Below, in pieces: positions 24,401-38,478 of a DNA stretch of 64,000 bases. Origin of the DNA: Mobula hypostoma. Lineage: Eukaryota. Location: NCBI RefSeq assembly GCF_963921235.1, contig NC_086097.1:22756001-22820000 (forward strand). The letters are read 5' to 3'. Positions within the stretch are counted from its first letter, which is position 1, and every line of letters starts with the position of its first letter. A model generated the notes under the pieces. That model was not told where the DNA came from and ran no database searches. It saw only the letters and a list, made by a program, of their open reading frames with translations. A program made the position numbers and the translations under genes.

Positions 24401-27258
24401 CCATGAGCAGGGTGCAATACCTGTAGAACCAGCTGATCTCCAAGATGGCGGTGTGCATGGGCATGGCAGCCACTCCAGCTCCTACCAGTGGTGAAATTTC
24501 TTGCAATGTTTGTCTTTTCCATGACTGAAAAACAATGCTCAGAAAGGCAGCATCCATTATTAAGGACCTCCAGCACCCAGGGTATGCCTTTTTCTCACTG
24601 TCCCATCACGTTAGAGATACAGAAGTCTGAAGGCACACACTCAGCAATTCAGGGACAGATTCTTCCCTTCTGCCACCTGATTTCTAAATGGACATTGAAC
24701 CTGTGAACACTACCTCACTTTTTTAATACATATTATTTCTGTGTTTTTTTACACAATTTTTAATCTATTCAATATGCATATACTGTAGTTTATTTATTTA
24801 TTTATTATTATTTTTTTCTTCTTCTTCTATATTATGTATTGCATTGAACTGCTGCTACTAAGTTAACAAATTTCACGACATATGCCGGTGATAATAAACC
24901 TGATTCCGATGGTACTAAAATCTGCGAGTCTACCTCACTCGTGAGTGGAATACCGAAGGTGCTGTGCAGCTACAGACTAACGTCCCCTCCCTGTCTGCCA
25001 CAGAGCAGTTTCTGTACCATGCAGTGATGCAGCATTTTAGGATGCTGTTTACTGAGCATCTGTAGAAGGTTGAGGGTATCGATGTGCATGACTGGAATCA
25101 TTTGCAATGCTTCCAAGACCTTTAAGCTCATTAGGTTTTATTAATCTGGTGATCCGAAAGGAAATCCGGGCTGGCACTGACAGCTCGTTGTCAGGTGTTT
25201 TGGGGCAGACCTGGCAGCTTATTGCAGCTTGGAGATTGACTGACAGTCTGGCAAAGGGCTCTCGAGTGGCACAGACAATTGGTTGAAGAGAGTTTGAGGC
25301 TCAGGTTGGTATTTTGTTGGATCTGGAGTATGAAAGCATAAGACCACAAGACATAGGAGCAGAATTAGGCCATTCAGCCCATTGAGTATTCTTCACCATT
25401 CCATCATGGCTGATTTATTATCCCTCTCCACTCCACATTCCTGCCTTCGCCCTGTAACCATCACTTTTAATATACCCAGTGACTTGGCTTCCACAGCTCA
25501 CAGATTCATCACATTCTGGCCAATGAAATTCTTCCTCATTCTTTCTAAAGCACCACCCTTCTATCCTGAGGCTGTGCCCCCGATCCTAGACTACTCCACT
25601 ATAGAAAACATTTCTCCATGTCCACTGTATCTAAGTCTTTCAATATTCAACAGATTTCAATGAGATTCACCCTCATTCTTTTAAACTTCAGCGAGTTACA
25701 GCCCAAGTGCTATCAAACTTTCCTTATACCAACTTAACTACTTTCTCATCTGCTCTTTTCATTACATTATTTGAAAGTGATCCATTTGAGTTCCTATTTG
25801 CTTGGGTTGAATGCTACTTTAATCTAAGAAGCTGAGACTTTCATCTTACCGCTGCAATTCAGCTCTTTGGCTCATGTTAGGATTAAGAATGTGATGATAT
25901 CTGGTACTGAGCGAGCTTGCTGAAATATGAACCTGGCATTGGTGAGCAGGTTATTGCTGAGAAGATTGAGTTTGGAAGCAATGCTGATGACAGTTTCCAT
26001 CACTTTGGTGGGCAGTTTACTTTTGTCCTTTTGTCTATAAATGCAGAACACTTAGTTGGTTAGATAACAATGTTCTAACTGTACTGGAACAGGTTGGCTG
26101 CAGACAGGAGATGAAAATCAAAACTATCAAAAGGTGCTGGGAATTTGAAACAAAATATAAACTGATGGAAATATTCTGTGGAAAGAGAAACAGAGATAAG
26201 GTATCAAAAATGCATTAAGTCACAGACTTTGTGTCAGAATTGAGATGGAGAGAAAAAAATAAACACAAGAGCTTCTTCAGATGCTAGAAATCTTGAGCAA
26301 TACACACCAAATGCTGGAGGACCTCAGATAGCATTTATGGCAGGGAATAAACCTGCTAGAGATAAATAATATGTACTAGGCTCTGATAGAGTGGTCAAAC
26401 GGCATCGTTTTCCCAGTGTGGAAATGTTTAATATGACAGGGCATATGACTAGAGGAAGCTATAAGGGAGAAAGTCAGAGGAAGGTATTTTAGACAGAGAG
26501 TGGTTAGTGTATGGAATACACTGCCAGGGCTGTTGGAAAAGGAAGGTACATCAAGGACTTTTAAGAGACTCTTAGACAGGAACATAGATGAAGGAAATTA
26601 GAGGGCTTTCTGGGAGGGGAGCGTTAAATTGATCTTGAAATAGATTAAAAGATTGGTACAATATCGTAGGCTGAAGGACCTGTGTTGTCTCATTCTATGG
26701 CTATCTCAATTAGAACAATTGCTGTTTCACTCAACAGTGGAAGACATCCTTGGTGTGAAGACTTTGTCTCCACAAGAATTCTGTGGTGGTCAACACCACC
26801 AGTGCTGCCATAGTTGGATAGATAAGCCACAGGTAGATTATATAGTTGGGGTGCTTAAGGCTTTGTCAATGTGGAGCAGAGAGTGAGTTTGTAAATTTGG
26901 CGGGAGCAAAGGATATTGGGAATGGTGAGGTTTGAGCACCGCGGGGGGGATGTGGGTGTGGGACAGTTGGCAGAGAAGGAGTGCCAGGATTGGGGGTGGC
27001 GTGAGTGTAGACACACCCAGCCCTGGGACATCAGTCAGGCAAGGTCATTTGATTCCAAACAATTGGTTTATTGATCATTACAGAATGTCTCTCTGATACT
27101 TCCCACTCCCTCCCATTTCCCTTCCCCTTTTCCCAGCCATCATTCCCCTCTCCCATTCTCAGTCCAACATATCAGAATCAGGTTTATCATCACTCACAGG
27201 TGTCATGAAATTTGTTTTTTTTTGTGGCAACAGTACAATGCAATACATAAAATTACTA

Positions 27259-27325
27259 CAGTACTTTGCAAAAGTCTTTGGCACCCTAGCAATGTATATG
27301 TGCCTGAGACCTTTGCGCAGTACTG
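27259..27325. mobile_element. 67-bp Tc1-type mini-MITE
   Basis: TA-flanked; TIRs cagtactttgcaaaagtctttggcac / gtgcctgagacctttgcgcagtactg. Confidence 0.75.
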
Positions 27326-28158
27326 TAGACCGATGTGCTACCATTTTGCACAGCTTTGGAGTTGTAGGATAACTCAGAACACAAGGTTCTGGATTTTCCA
27401 CTCAACTGCACGTGCATGCTACAGAAGTTGAAACGAATACATTCTTTCGTACTTGTGAGTACCTTCAGTCTTGTCATCAGGAGCAGTTATTACAACCATC
27501 CTCCTGAACCAGCATGGGTAACTTCACTTGCCAAAAGTACAAATTGATTCCACAACCTACAGACACTTTACAACTCAGGTTCTCGGTATTATATTTTACT
27601 TGAACAATTTGGAGTTCTTTTGGTTGTTTGTCAGTCTTTGTTTATGTATAGTTTTTCATAAATTATATTGTATTTCTTTATTTTCCTGTAAATGCCTGCA
27701 AGAAGATAGATCTCAAGATGGTGTGTACTAGCATAATAAATTCGACTTTGACTTTGAATAATCCTAGATTTCAGTTTAATATGTTTTTGTGTGAGTTATC
27801 CTGAACCAATTGTTGGCAGATTTTGGAATGGATTTTGTCTTGTGATGATCTTATACCATTACCCTTGCTCTTGAATGTTATAGCAATTACATTTCCATTT
27901 ATATGGAGACAAAATTCCTGGGGCACTTCACAAAACCTTAACTCTAACAGGCGACAGAGGATACTGAGCCTGATAGAAACCTTCCCAAAGGAACAACACA
28001 CATAAAAATGCTGGAGGAACTCAGCAGGTCAGGCAGACTCCAGTCTTCCAGCATCTGTGGTCGCTCTCATGTCTCCAATTTGTCTAACGAAATAGGTTTA
28101 AAGACGTCTAGAGATGAAAGTGTTCAAAAGTCAAAGTCAATTTATTATTAAGTACATA

Positions 28159-28463
28159 CGAGGGGTGATTGATAAGTTCGTGGCCTAAGGTAGAAGGTCA
28201 ATTGTAGAAAGCCTAGCACATTTATTTCTCAGCATAGTCCCCTCCTACATTTACACACACAGTCCAGCGGTCGTGGAGCATACAGATCTTGGACCTCCAG
28301 AAATTGTCCACAGCAGGGTTGATTGATAAATTCGTGGCCTGAGGTAGAAAGAGATGAGTTATACAGCTCTCGTTACACGCACGTGCAGTTCAACTCTTTG
28401 AGTGATTATGCGGAAAGATTGAAGTTAATAACTCATCTCCACGAACTTATCAATCACCCCTGG
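28159..28463. mobile_element. Mariner-type MITE, 305 bp
   Basis: TA TSD; 25-bp TIRs cgaggggtgattgataagttcgtgg / ccacgaacttatcaatcacccctgg; an internal TIR copy near 28315; interrupts a LINE 3' tail. Confidence 0.88.
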
Positions 28464-28914
28464 TATGTCACCAATCTTGAGATTCATTTTCTTGCAGGCA
28501 TTCACAGTAGAACAAAGAAGTACAATAGAATCAATGAAAAACTACACTCAAGCAAAGACCGATAAACAGCCAATGTGCAAAAGAAGACAAGTTGTGGGGG
28601 AAAAAACAAATAAATAAATGTATAAACAAACAACCAAATGCATACATTCATAAATAAACACTGAGAACATGTGTTGCAGAGTCCTTGAAAATGATTCCAC
28701 AGGTTGTGGATTCAGTTTAGTGTAACCGTGAGTGAAATTATCCACGCTGGTTCAGGAGTCTGATGGTTGATGGGTAATATCTGTGGCTGAACATTGTGTT
28801 GTGAGCCCTGATGCTCCTCTACCTCCTTCCTAATGACAGCAGAGTTGAAGAGATTAAAGGAGGTCCTGGGACTCAGGCAGCTACAAACATGGAAACCATT
28901 GGTTGAGAATGACA

Positions 28915-29155
28915 CTGTACCATGTAGTGGTTAGCACAACACTTAACAGACGACGTGGGTTCAATTCCCGCCACTGCCTGTAAGGAGTTTGTACATTGTC
29001 CCTGTGACCACATGGGTTCCCTCCCACAGTCCAAAGATTTGCCGGTTGGTAGGTTAATTTGGCTTTGCAAATTGCCCCATGATTGGGCCAGGATTAATTC
29101 AGGAGATGGCTGGGCTTTGTGGTTTGAATCTGCACTGTATATCAATAAATAGAAT
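28915..29155 (+). mobile_element. tRNA-derived V-domain SINE (HE1-like), representative copy
   Basis: A/B-box-like gtagtggttagc...gggttcaattcc followed by V-domain-like ggagtttgtacatt...cctcccacagtccaaaga. Similar copies near 6385-6830, 22725-23030, 29855-30800, 46850-47040, 48455-48880, 52295-52855 and 59915-60215. Confidence 0.75.
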
Positions 29156-29892
29156 AAAATATATTAGAATTCAGAATTAGATGATTTCCTTTGAAGAATT
29201 GGGATTGGAAAAGTGTGTAGACAAGGGAATTAAGTGGTGGGGTGTGGGTGTTGATTCGAAGACAATGTTAAGAATTTTAAATATAGTCTGCCATGGGATT
29301 TAGCTTTGCACTGGCAACGGGATTCATTGTACATTACACAACAACATCTAGCCAGGTCTCATTGTAGTTGTAAATGTCCTTTAAATTACTGATGTATAAT
29401 TGTTCATCTTCCTTTACATATATAAAGTGGAGATGTTAAATATTAATATTAGTTTTCTGTCCCTGTGATTTGTTTTCTGCATCTATTTGACATTTGCTGT
29501 TGACATGGATGATAATTATTGGATTGCTATGTAATTTAGCAGTCTGCATTGCAGCACCATTAACAGTAATAATATGACTGTACCTGGTAAATAATGACAC
29601 GCCTGGAAGGGATAAAAGTGGTCAAACCTTAAATACTTGAAGTAACAAATAAAAACTGTCGGCTATGAATAATATTACCAACATTAAGTACCTTCAATGA
29701 CATATCCTTTTCTCTTTAAATGTAAGAATTAACTTCACATTGGCTTCGATTTTAACAGTTGCCTACAGTAATTTTGTAATTTTTATACAGATAATTTACA
29801 CAATTTTAAAATTACCACAACAACTTGGACTGATATATCTTCAGTGTAGCGGGGCGGGATATTAGTGTAGTGGTTGACACGTTGCTTTAAAG

Positions 29893-30565
29893 CAGGGGTC
29901 CCCAACCTTTTTTGCACTGCGGACCAGTTTAATATTGATAATAATCTTGAGGACCGGCCGACTGGGGGAGGGGGTGGTGTTCAAGTTGGTTAAACTCACC
30001 TCAACATGTCTTTTACAGTTAGGGTTGCGAACTTTCTTAAGGGACAAAAGTAGCAGTCAAATCCTGGGACACTTTGCCCCCGGAAAGACTACCATGACCA
30101 TGAAGCCTTGCGCAGGCACCTGTGTGCGCATGCACGAATGTGCCGAATTTTTCCCCACTAATCGGTTTTGCCTTCATCTTCCTGACTATACCATACATAC
30201 ATTATTTCTGCTTTATATGGGCTGTGTATTCATCATATCATTCCTGCTTTTACTATATGTTAGTGTTATTTATTTTCAGTTATATGTGTTATTTGGTATG
30301 ATTTGGTAGGGTTTTTTTGGGTCTTTGCTTCACGCCATTTCGACACGAAAGGTTTCATAGGAACGCTCTACCTTAGCGGGGGAAATACGGGACAAACCAA
30401 TTTAGCCCAATATACGGGATGTCCTGGCATATATGGGACAGTTGGCAACCCTATGTTCAAGTTCAACAGTGCATGACAGAGAATGAGGAAAGGCGCAGCT
30501 GACTCATATCGTTTCCTCATGGCCCGGCAGCACATGCTTTGCGGTCCAGTGGTTGGGGACCGCTG
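29893..30565. mobile_element. hAT (Charlie-like) composite MITE inserted in a V-SINE
   Basis: TIRs caggggtccccaacc / ggttggggaccgctg; 8-bp TSD ctttaaag / ctttacag; inner inverted pair agggttgcgaac (30021) / gttggcaaccct (30441-30452). Confidence 0.85.
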
Positions 30566-30928
30566 CTTTACAGTGCCAATGACCCAGGCTGAATTCCCAC
30601 TGCTGCCTGCAATGAGTTTGTACGTTCCCCGCCATGACTGCGTGGGTCTCCTCCAGCTGCTCCGGTTTCCTCCCACAGTCCAAAGATGTGGCAGTTGGTA
30701 GGTTAATAGCTGATTGGAAATTGTCCCGTGATTAGGCTCAGATTAAACTGGGAGACCACAGGGCAGGGAGGACCTACACCATGCTGTATCTCAATAAGTA
30801 AATTAAAAAATAATAATGATAATTTCATTGGCTTCTGGCTCCTATGCACCTAGAATTTAAAGTATCAATTGTACCATTACTGTATTTATGCATATCATTA
30901 GAGATAAACTGTTCTGAACTTTGGACGA

Positions 30929-31440
30929 CTCTCAGTGGCCACTAAGGTACAGGGGTAGAACCCGGAGTGACCTTCTGATGCTGTAGCCCAGCTGCTTCAA
31001 GGTTCAAAGTGGTTATTGAAGTTACTGTTACTTTCCTGTCAGCTTGAACCAGTGCGGTCATTTTCCTCTGACCTCTCTCATAAACAAGGCATTTTCGCCC
31101 ACAGGCCTGCTGTTCACTGGATTTTTTTTTTTTGTTTTGTTTTGTTTTAGGCACCATTCTCTGTAAACTCTAGAGACTATTGTGCATAAAAATCCCAGGA
31201 GATCAGCAGTTTCTGAGATACACAGACCACCCCATCTGGCACCAACAATCATTCCATGATCAAAATTACTTGGATCACATATCTTCCCCATTCTGATGTT
31301 TGTTCTGAACAACAACTGAACCTCTTGACCATGTTTGCATGCTTTAATGCATTGAGTTGCTGCCACATGATTGGCTAGTTAGATATTTGCATTAACGAGC
31401 AGGAGTACAGGTGTGCCTAATATAGTGGCCACTGAGTGTA
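30929..31440 (-). mobile_element. Non-autonomous Tc1-like element, third copy of the tacactcagtggccac family
   Basis: TIRs ctcagtggccact / agtggccactgagtgta; remnant MGKICDPSNFDHGMIVGARWGGLCISETADLLGFLCTIVSRVYREW. Confidence 0.85.
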
Positions 31441-33355
31441 TGTTTTGCTTTGTGAGAGAGCATGTTGTATTAAAGTGTGCCTTATTGGGGATTTTATTCA
31501 GTTGAGTATTAAAAATTGATCACTGATTCAGATTACATTTGTAGAAATTCCAACTTCTCTGAGAGTATTAGGTTTTGTTTCTCAATAGTGATTTGTAGAT
31601 GACAATTTCAAACTTCATGTAGTTGGTCTTTCAGAGGCTTGTTAAAACTGTTGACAAGCTAGAACATGGAGTTTGATGTCATTGTGACATATCGGTTTAA
31701 GTATCAGAATCCCCAATGTGAAGGTCTGGTTTCAGCTGGGCTGTCAAAGGGGAAGAACTGATTAAACAGAAAACATCCTTCATGATTGAGATGAAGGAAA
31801 AGTAATGGGAGACATGTCAAAACTTGGCCCATCCTCAAGCTCCTGCCTTGGCTAAAGGTTTGTCAAATGTCGTGTGCTAACTTCTGTGATCTGTCAGCTC
31901 AAAATCAGAAACTCTAGAGATCCCCTCCTGCGTGGCTCAGAAAGCGGCAAAGGATTTCAAGCTCTGCCAACTCCATCATAGGCACCAACTTCCCCAGCTG
32001 TGAGGACATCTTCAAAAGGCAGTGCCTCAAAAGGGCGGTATTCAAACTCAGTCAACGCCATCATGGGCACTAACCTCCCCAGCATTGAGGACATCCTCAA
32101 AAGGCAAAGCCTCAGTCATCATTAAGGACCCCCCATCACCCAGGAAGTGCCCTCTTCTCGTTGCGAGCATGAGGGAGAAGGTCCAGGAGCCTGACAACAT
32201 GCGCACACTCAACTTTTTAGGAACAGCTTCTTCCTTTCTGCCAGCAGGTTTGTGAATGGACATTGAACCAATCGTTGAACATTACTTCACTATTTTTTGG
32301 TTCTCTTTTTGAACTACTTAGCACTGCTGCCTCAAAACAACATATTTTACAACATATGTCAGAGATTTTGATGCACAGAGATTGAGGTAGGAATTTAAAC
32401 AAGGCTTTATCTGCTCTCATTGGAGGATGTGAGTGAATTTTGACTTCTTTGAAGAAGAGCGATTCTAATTTGCAAACTGTCCAATATTTATCTCTCAACT
32501 CACAACACTTAAAGCTAAATATACACAGGTTCTGGATATTGAAGTGAGGTGATACATTAATCTGTGAGACCTTGCTGTGTGCAAATCGGTTGTAGTATGT
32601 TTTGTATTACTGCAGTAACTAAATTAAAAAGAAATCACAGTATGTTAAGCATTTTATGAAATATAAATGCTTTCTCTCAATTATAGAACAGTAAGATTGG
32701 GATATTTTACATGAAGTACCATAAAACAAGGTTCTGCCTAAGGTTCTCCCCCCTGTCTTCCTGTCTATAGAAGAGGGGTGTAGAGGTTTTGCTCACCCTG
32801 AAGAACCTACACTCTCCTGATGACCCCAGGTTACATCATTGATGTGCCCCAGCACATCCTAGGATATATCTCAGCATCTCCCCCTCTCTCTCTCTCTGTC
32901 TCCCCCACCATCCTCCCCATCCTCTCTCAGCCTAATTCTATCTGATTGGTCCCAGAGCGGCACCTACAATTCAAGTCATTGTCTTTCATTAAGTGGCTGC
33001 AGTGTAGGGGTGCAGTGCTGCCAGAGCTCACTGGAGCGCTGTTCCGGCAATGCTGTCAAAAAAAAGTCAAAATAAACAAGCAGGGTATTTAAAAGCGGCT
33101 GCATATTAAATAGAGGGAATTTTACGGAAGCAGGGGTTGGGGAGAGAGGGTGATGACTGGTGGGGAAAATACCACCAATAACATAAGGAGATTTGATCGT
33201 TTTTGGTGAAATCCTGGAGCTGTGATTGTTTTTTATTTAGGTATTTGTGAAATTCCTCCTCGCTCGACCCGTTGTCCCAGCATTCCCTGCTGTAGCCTCC
33301 CGCCATTTCACCGATCCTCAGTCTCTCTCCAGCACTCGTTGTTTGAGCACTGTTT

Positions 33356-33768
33356 GCTGAGAAAATAAAAATCTTAGATCTTTTGAAAAGTAGCATGTCG
33401 CTCGCTGAAGTGGGCCATAAGGTCGGTAAGAACAAATCGAGCACGATAAAGTAGAAAGAAGCTGAAATTCGTGGAAGTGTTAGTGCTACCCCTACAATGG
33501 CAAAAATGGTCTCTTTGGTTCGTGATAAAGTGCTTGCAAAGACTGAGAAAGCATTAAGTGTGTGGCTAGAGGACATGTCACAGAAGTATATCCCTGTTGA
33601 TGACAAAATTATGCGTGAAAAAGCACTTAGCCTCTATGAGCACTACTGTGAGGAGGTTGAGGAGAGCGAGAGGAAGGAGTTTAAGGCTAGAAAGGGATGG
33701 CTGGCCAGCTATGTAAAGCGCTAAAGCCTCAAGAACTTAAAGACCATGGGAGAATCAGCATCGGCTAA
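33356..33768 (+). pseudogene. Tigger/pogo transposase N-terminal remnant (psq and CENP-B-type HTH)
   Basis: AEKIKILDLLKSSMSLAEVGHKVGKNKSSTIK*KEAEIR...EKALSVWLEDMSQK..PVDDKIMREKALSLY...FKARKGWL...*SLKNLKTMGESASA; two in-frame stops. Confidence 0.85.
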
Positions 33769-34514
33769 TTAGTGAGTGCAGCCATGCAATACTTCGTCAT
33801 ATTATATGTTTTATTGTACCAGTTATACACTGAAATGTAGTGATAGGCTATAATCTTGCTAATGTCTTAATAATCTATATTTCTGTGGAGCTCTGGAATT
33901 CATATATTTCTTTCATCTTGGTTTTGTGCTTGACATTATAAGAAGCCCTATACATATATATATATATATGTCACACGCAATTTATGTTCCTGCTTATTAC
34001 ATGAATGGGGCAAGGGAGTTGCCCAGTACTGTATATGAAATGAGCAGGTGCACAAATTGGGTGTGACATAGAGTTGAAGTCAGAAGTTTACATGCACCTT
34101 AGCCAAATATATTCAAACTGAGTTTTTCACAATTCCTGACATTTAATCCTAGAAAACATTCCCTGTCTTAGGTCAGTTCAGATCACTAATTTATTTTAAG
34201 AATGTGAAATGTCAGAATAATAGTAGAGAGAATGATTTATTTCAGCTTTTATTTCTTTCATCACTTTCCCAGTGGGTCAGAAGTTTACATACACTTTGTT
34301 AGTATTTGGTAGCGTTGCCTTTAAGTTGTTTAACTTGGGTCAAACGTTTTGGGTAGCCTTCCACAAGCTTCTCACAGTAAGTTGCTGGAATTTTGTTCCA
34401 TTCCTCCAGACAGAACTGGTGTAACTGAGTCAGGTTTGTAGGTCTCCTTGCTCGCACACACTTTTTCAGTTCTGTCCACAAATTTTCTATCGGATTGAGG
34501 TCAGAAAATGATGT

Positions 34515-35482
<968 letters not shown>

Positions 35483-35637
35483 CAAAGTGTATGTAAACTT
35501 CTGACCCACTGGGAAAGTGATGAAAGAAATAAAAGCTGAAATAAATCATTCTCTCTACTATTATTCTGACATTTCAGAGTCTTAAAATAAAGTAGTGATC
35601 CTAACTGACCTAAGACAGGGAATGTTTTCTAGGATTA

Positions 35638-35977
35638 CTTTATACTTTATTGTCGCCAAACAATTGATACTAAAATGTACAATCATCACAGCGATATTTG
35701 ATTCTGCACTTCACGCTCCCTGGAGTACAAATTGATAGTAAATATTAAAAATTTAAATTATAAATCATAAATAGAAAACGGAAAAGGGAAAGTAAGGTAG
35801 TGCAAAAAAACTGAGAGGCAGGTCCGGATATTTGGAGGGTACGGCCCAGATCCGGGTCAGGATCCGTTCAGCAGTCTTATCACAGTTGGGAAGAAGCTGT
35901 TCCTAAATCTGGCCATACGAGTCTTCAAGCTCCTGAGCCTTCTTCTGGAGGGAAGAGGGACGAGAAGTGTGTTGGCT
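35638..35977 (-). mobile_element. Rex1-type LINE 3' tip inserted in the right IR of the SB-like element
   Basis: 6-bp TSD ggatta (35632-35637, 35978-35983); minus strand ends SFFPTVIRLLNGS*; tail aataaagtataaag. Confidence 0.85.
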
Positions 35978-36474
35978 GGATTAAATGTCAGGAGTTGTGA
36001 AAAACTGAGTTTAGATGTATTTGGCTAAGGTGTATGTAAACTTCTGACTTCAACTGTATATATAGAGAGGATATAGGAAATGGCAAGCATTTTGTCAGCT
36101 CCCGCACCTAAAAAGTTAGCACTGCACCCCGGCTGTTATCTTAGAATATCAATGTTTTGAAGCTTTAAACTGCTATTATCAGTACATTTGAAGTCTACTA
36201 ATTTTCATCGGGTTTTGGACAGAAAATGCCAATTTCCATGAACAACACGAAGTATGTTCAGATAATGTCAGAATCAAAATAATGCAGATCTAGGAAATCT
36301 GAATTGATAATGAATTGAAGTTCATTAGACAGTTCTGTGAAGTGAGAATCATAGATTACTCTTCAGAGGCCAGTCACAGGAATGCCAGACACCCACTACT
36401 CCTTTTGTGTAAACAAAAACCTGCCCTGCACCTCTCCTTTAATCTTCCCCCCTCACTTAATAAATTTCCTCTCG

Positions 36475-37210
36475 TACTGATGGTGGTTATATATAGCCCT
36501 CTGAACAGTAGCCAGGATGTGGATATAATTTTCAATGGGAAATAGAAAATGCACGTAATAAAGGCAACGTTACAATAGTAATGGGGGATTTCAATGTGCA
36601 GGTAATTTGGGAAAATCAGGTTAATTGTGGATGCCAAGAGAGGGAATTTGTAGAATGCTTACAAGATGGCTTTTTAGAGCAGTTTGTGGTTGAGTCCACC
36701 AGTGGAAAGGCAATTCTGGATTCAATATTGTGTAATGAACCAGATTTGACTAGGGATCTGACTAGTTTGGAAGAAAGAGTTAATGTGTGAGAGGTGTTTG
36801 ATTGCTCTGGTCTTGTACACGCTATGGTTTAGAAGAATGAGAGGTGATCTTGTTGAAACCTATTCTATATTAAAAGGCCAAATTGGAATGGATATGGAAA
36901 CTCTCGGACCAGAAGGGGCAGCCTTTGATTAGAGGGGTCGTCCATTTAGAATAGAGATGAGGAGGAATTTATTTAGCCAGAGGATGGTGAATCTGTGGAA
37001 TTCTTTGCCATAGGTGACTGTGGAGGCCAAGTCATTGGGTGTATTCAAGGTGGAGGTTGATAAGTTCTTGATTAGTCAGGACATGAAAGACTATGGTGGG
37101 AAGGGAGGACAGTGGGGTAGAGAATGATAATAAATCAGCCATATTGGAATGGCGGAGCAGACTCGATAGGCCGAGTGGCCTAATTCTGCTGCTTTGCCTA
37201 ATGGTGTTAT
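36475..37210 (+). mobile_element. Internally deleted CR1: APE endonuclease fragment joined to the 3' end
   Basis: MGDFNVQVIW...FVECLQDGFLEQFV...ILDSILCNEPD followed directly by the CR1 C-terminus and 3' UTR. Confidence 0.75.
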
Positions 37211-37589
37211 GAATTTATATTGAGGATACTACACTCTGTTGTTCTTATGCTGCCCGTAACAGTGTGTATGTTTGTTTCTGTTTCTCTTTTAATCTGCCTG
37301 TGACTGCATTAGATTTGCAAACCGCCAGCCATCTGTAAGAAATTGGATGGGGATTTGCAAAGGCAAAGCTGTTGTAAGTTGGCTGCGATGTGGGAAGCCT
37401 GCTCAGCTGGCAGTGTGTTATATAAAATTAGTTTACACTGTAGAAGAATAACATGCAAATTGTTCAATCTGGTGACATGATTTGTGTAGCCATTGGGTTG
37501 CTGATCTTTGGCACTCTCTTTCTGAAGACAGAATTTGTTCTTTTTCTTTTCCACACTTAGCACAGTCCTAGATAAGTGCTTTTAAGTTT

Positions 37590-38478
37590 TAGACCATAAG
37601 ACCTTAAGATATAGGAGCAGAATCGGGCCATTTGGCCCATCGAGTCTGCTTCACCATTTCATTTTTGCTAATCCATTATCCTTCTCATCTCCAATCTCCT
37701 ATCTTCCTCCCCTATCCCTTCATGCCCTGACCAATCAAGAATCTATCTATCTCTGCCTTAAATATACCCAGTGATTTGGCCTCCACAGCTGCTTGTGGCA
37801 ACTAATTCCACACATTCACCACTCTCTGGCTAAAGAAATTCCTCCTCATTTCCATTCTAAAAGGATGCTCCTCTATTCTTAACTGTGTCCTCTGGTCTTA
37901 GACTTGCCCTCCGTAGGGAACATCCTTTCCATATCCACTCTGTCAAGGCCTTTCAATATTTGATAAATTTCATTGAGATCACTCCTCATTCTTCTGAATT
38001 CCAATGAGTATATGCCCAGAGCCATCAAATACTCTTAATATGACAAGCCTTTCAATCCCAGATACATTTTCGTGAATCTCCTTTGAACCCTTTCCAATGT
38101 CAGCACATCCTTTCTTAAATAAGAGCCTTTCTTAAATAAAGGGCACAAAACTGCTCACAGTACTCCAACATTACATCTTTCCTTTTATATTCTAGTCAGC
38201 TTGAAATAACTGCTAATATCACATTTGTCTTCCTCACCACCAACTCAACCTGTAAGTTAACCTTTAGGAATCCTACACAATGACTTCCAAGTCCTTTAGC
38301 ACCTCAGGGTTTTGAATTTCCTCTCCATTTAGGAAATAGTCTACTCTTTTATTTCGTCTGCCAAAGTGCATGACTATACACTTCCTGACACGGTATTCCA
38401 TCCGCCACTTCTTTGCCCATTTTCCTAATCTATCTAAGTCCTTCTGTAGCCTCTCTACTTCCTCAAAACTACCTACCC
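37590..38478 (-). mobile_element. Degenerate CR1 LINE 3' fragment
   Basis: LQKDLDRLGKWAKKWRMEY...MHFGRRNK..YFLNGE; (CTTATGGT)-type tail. Confidence 0.85.
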
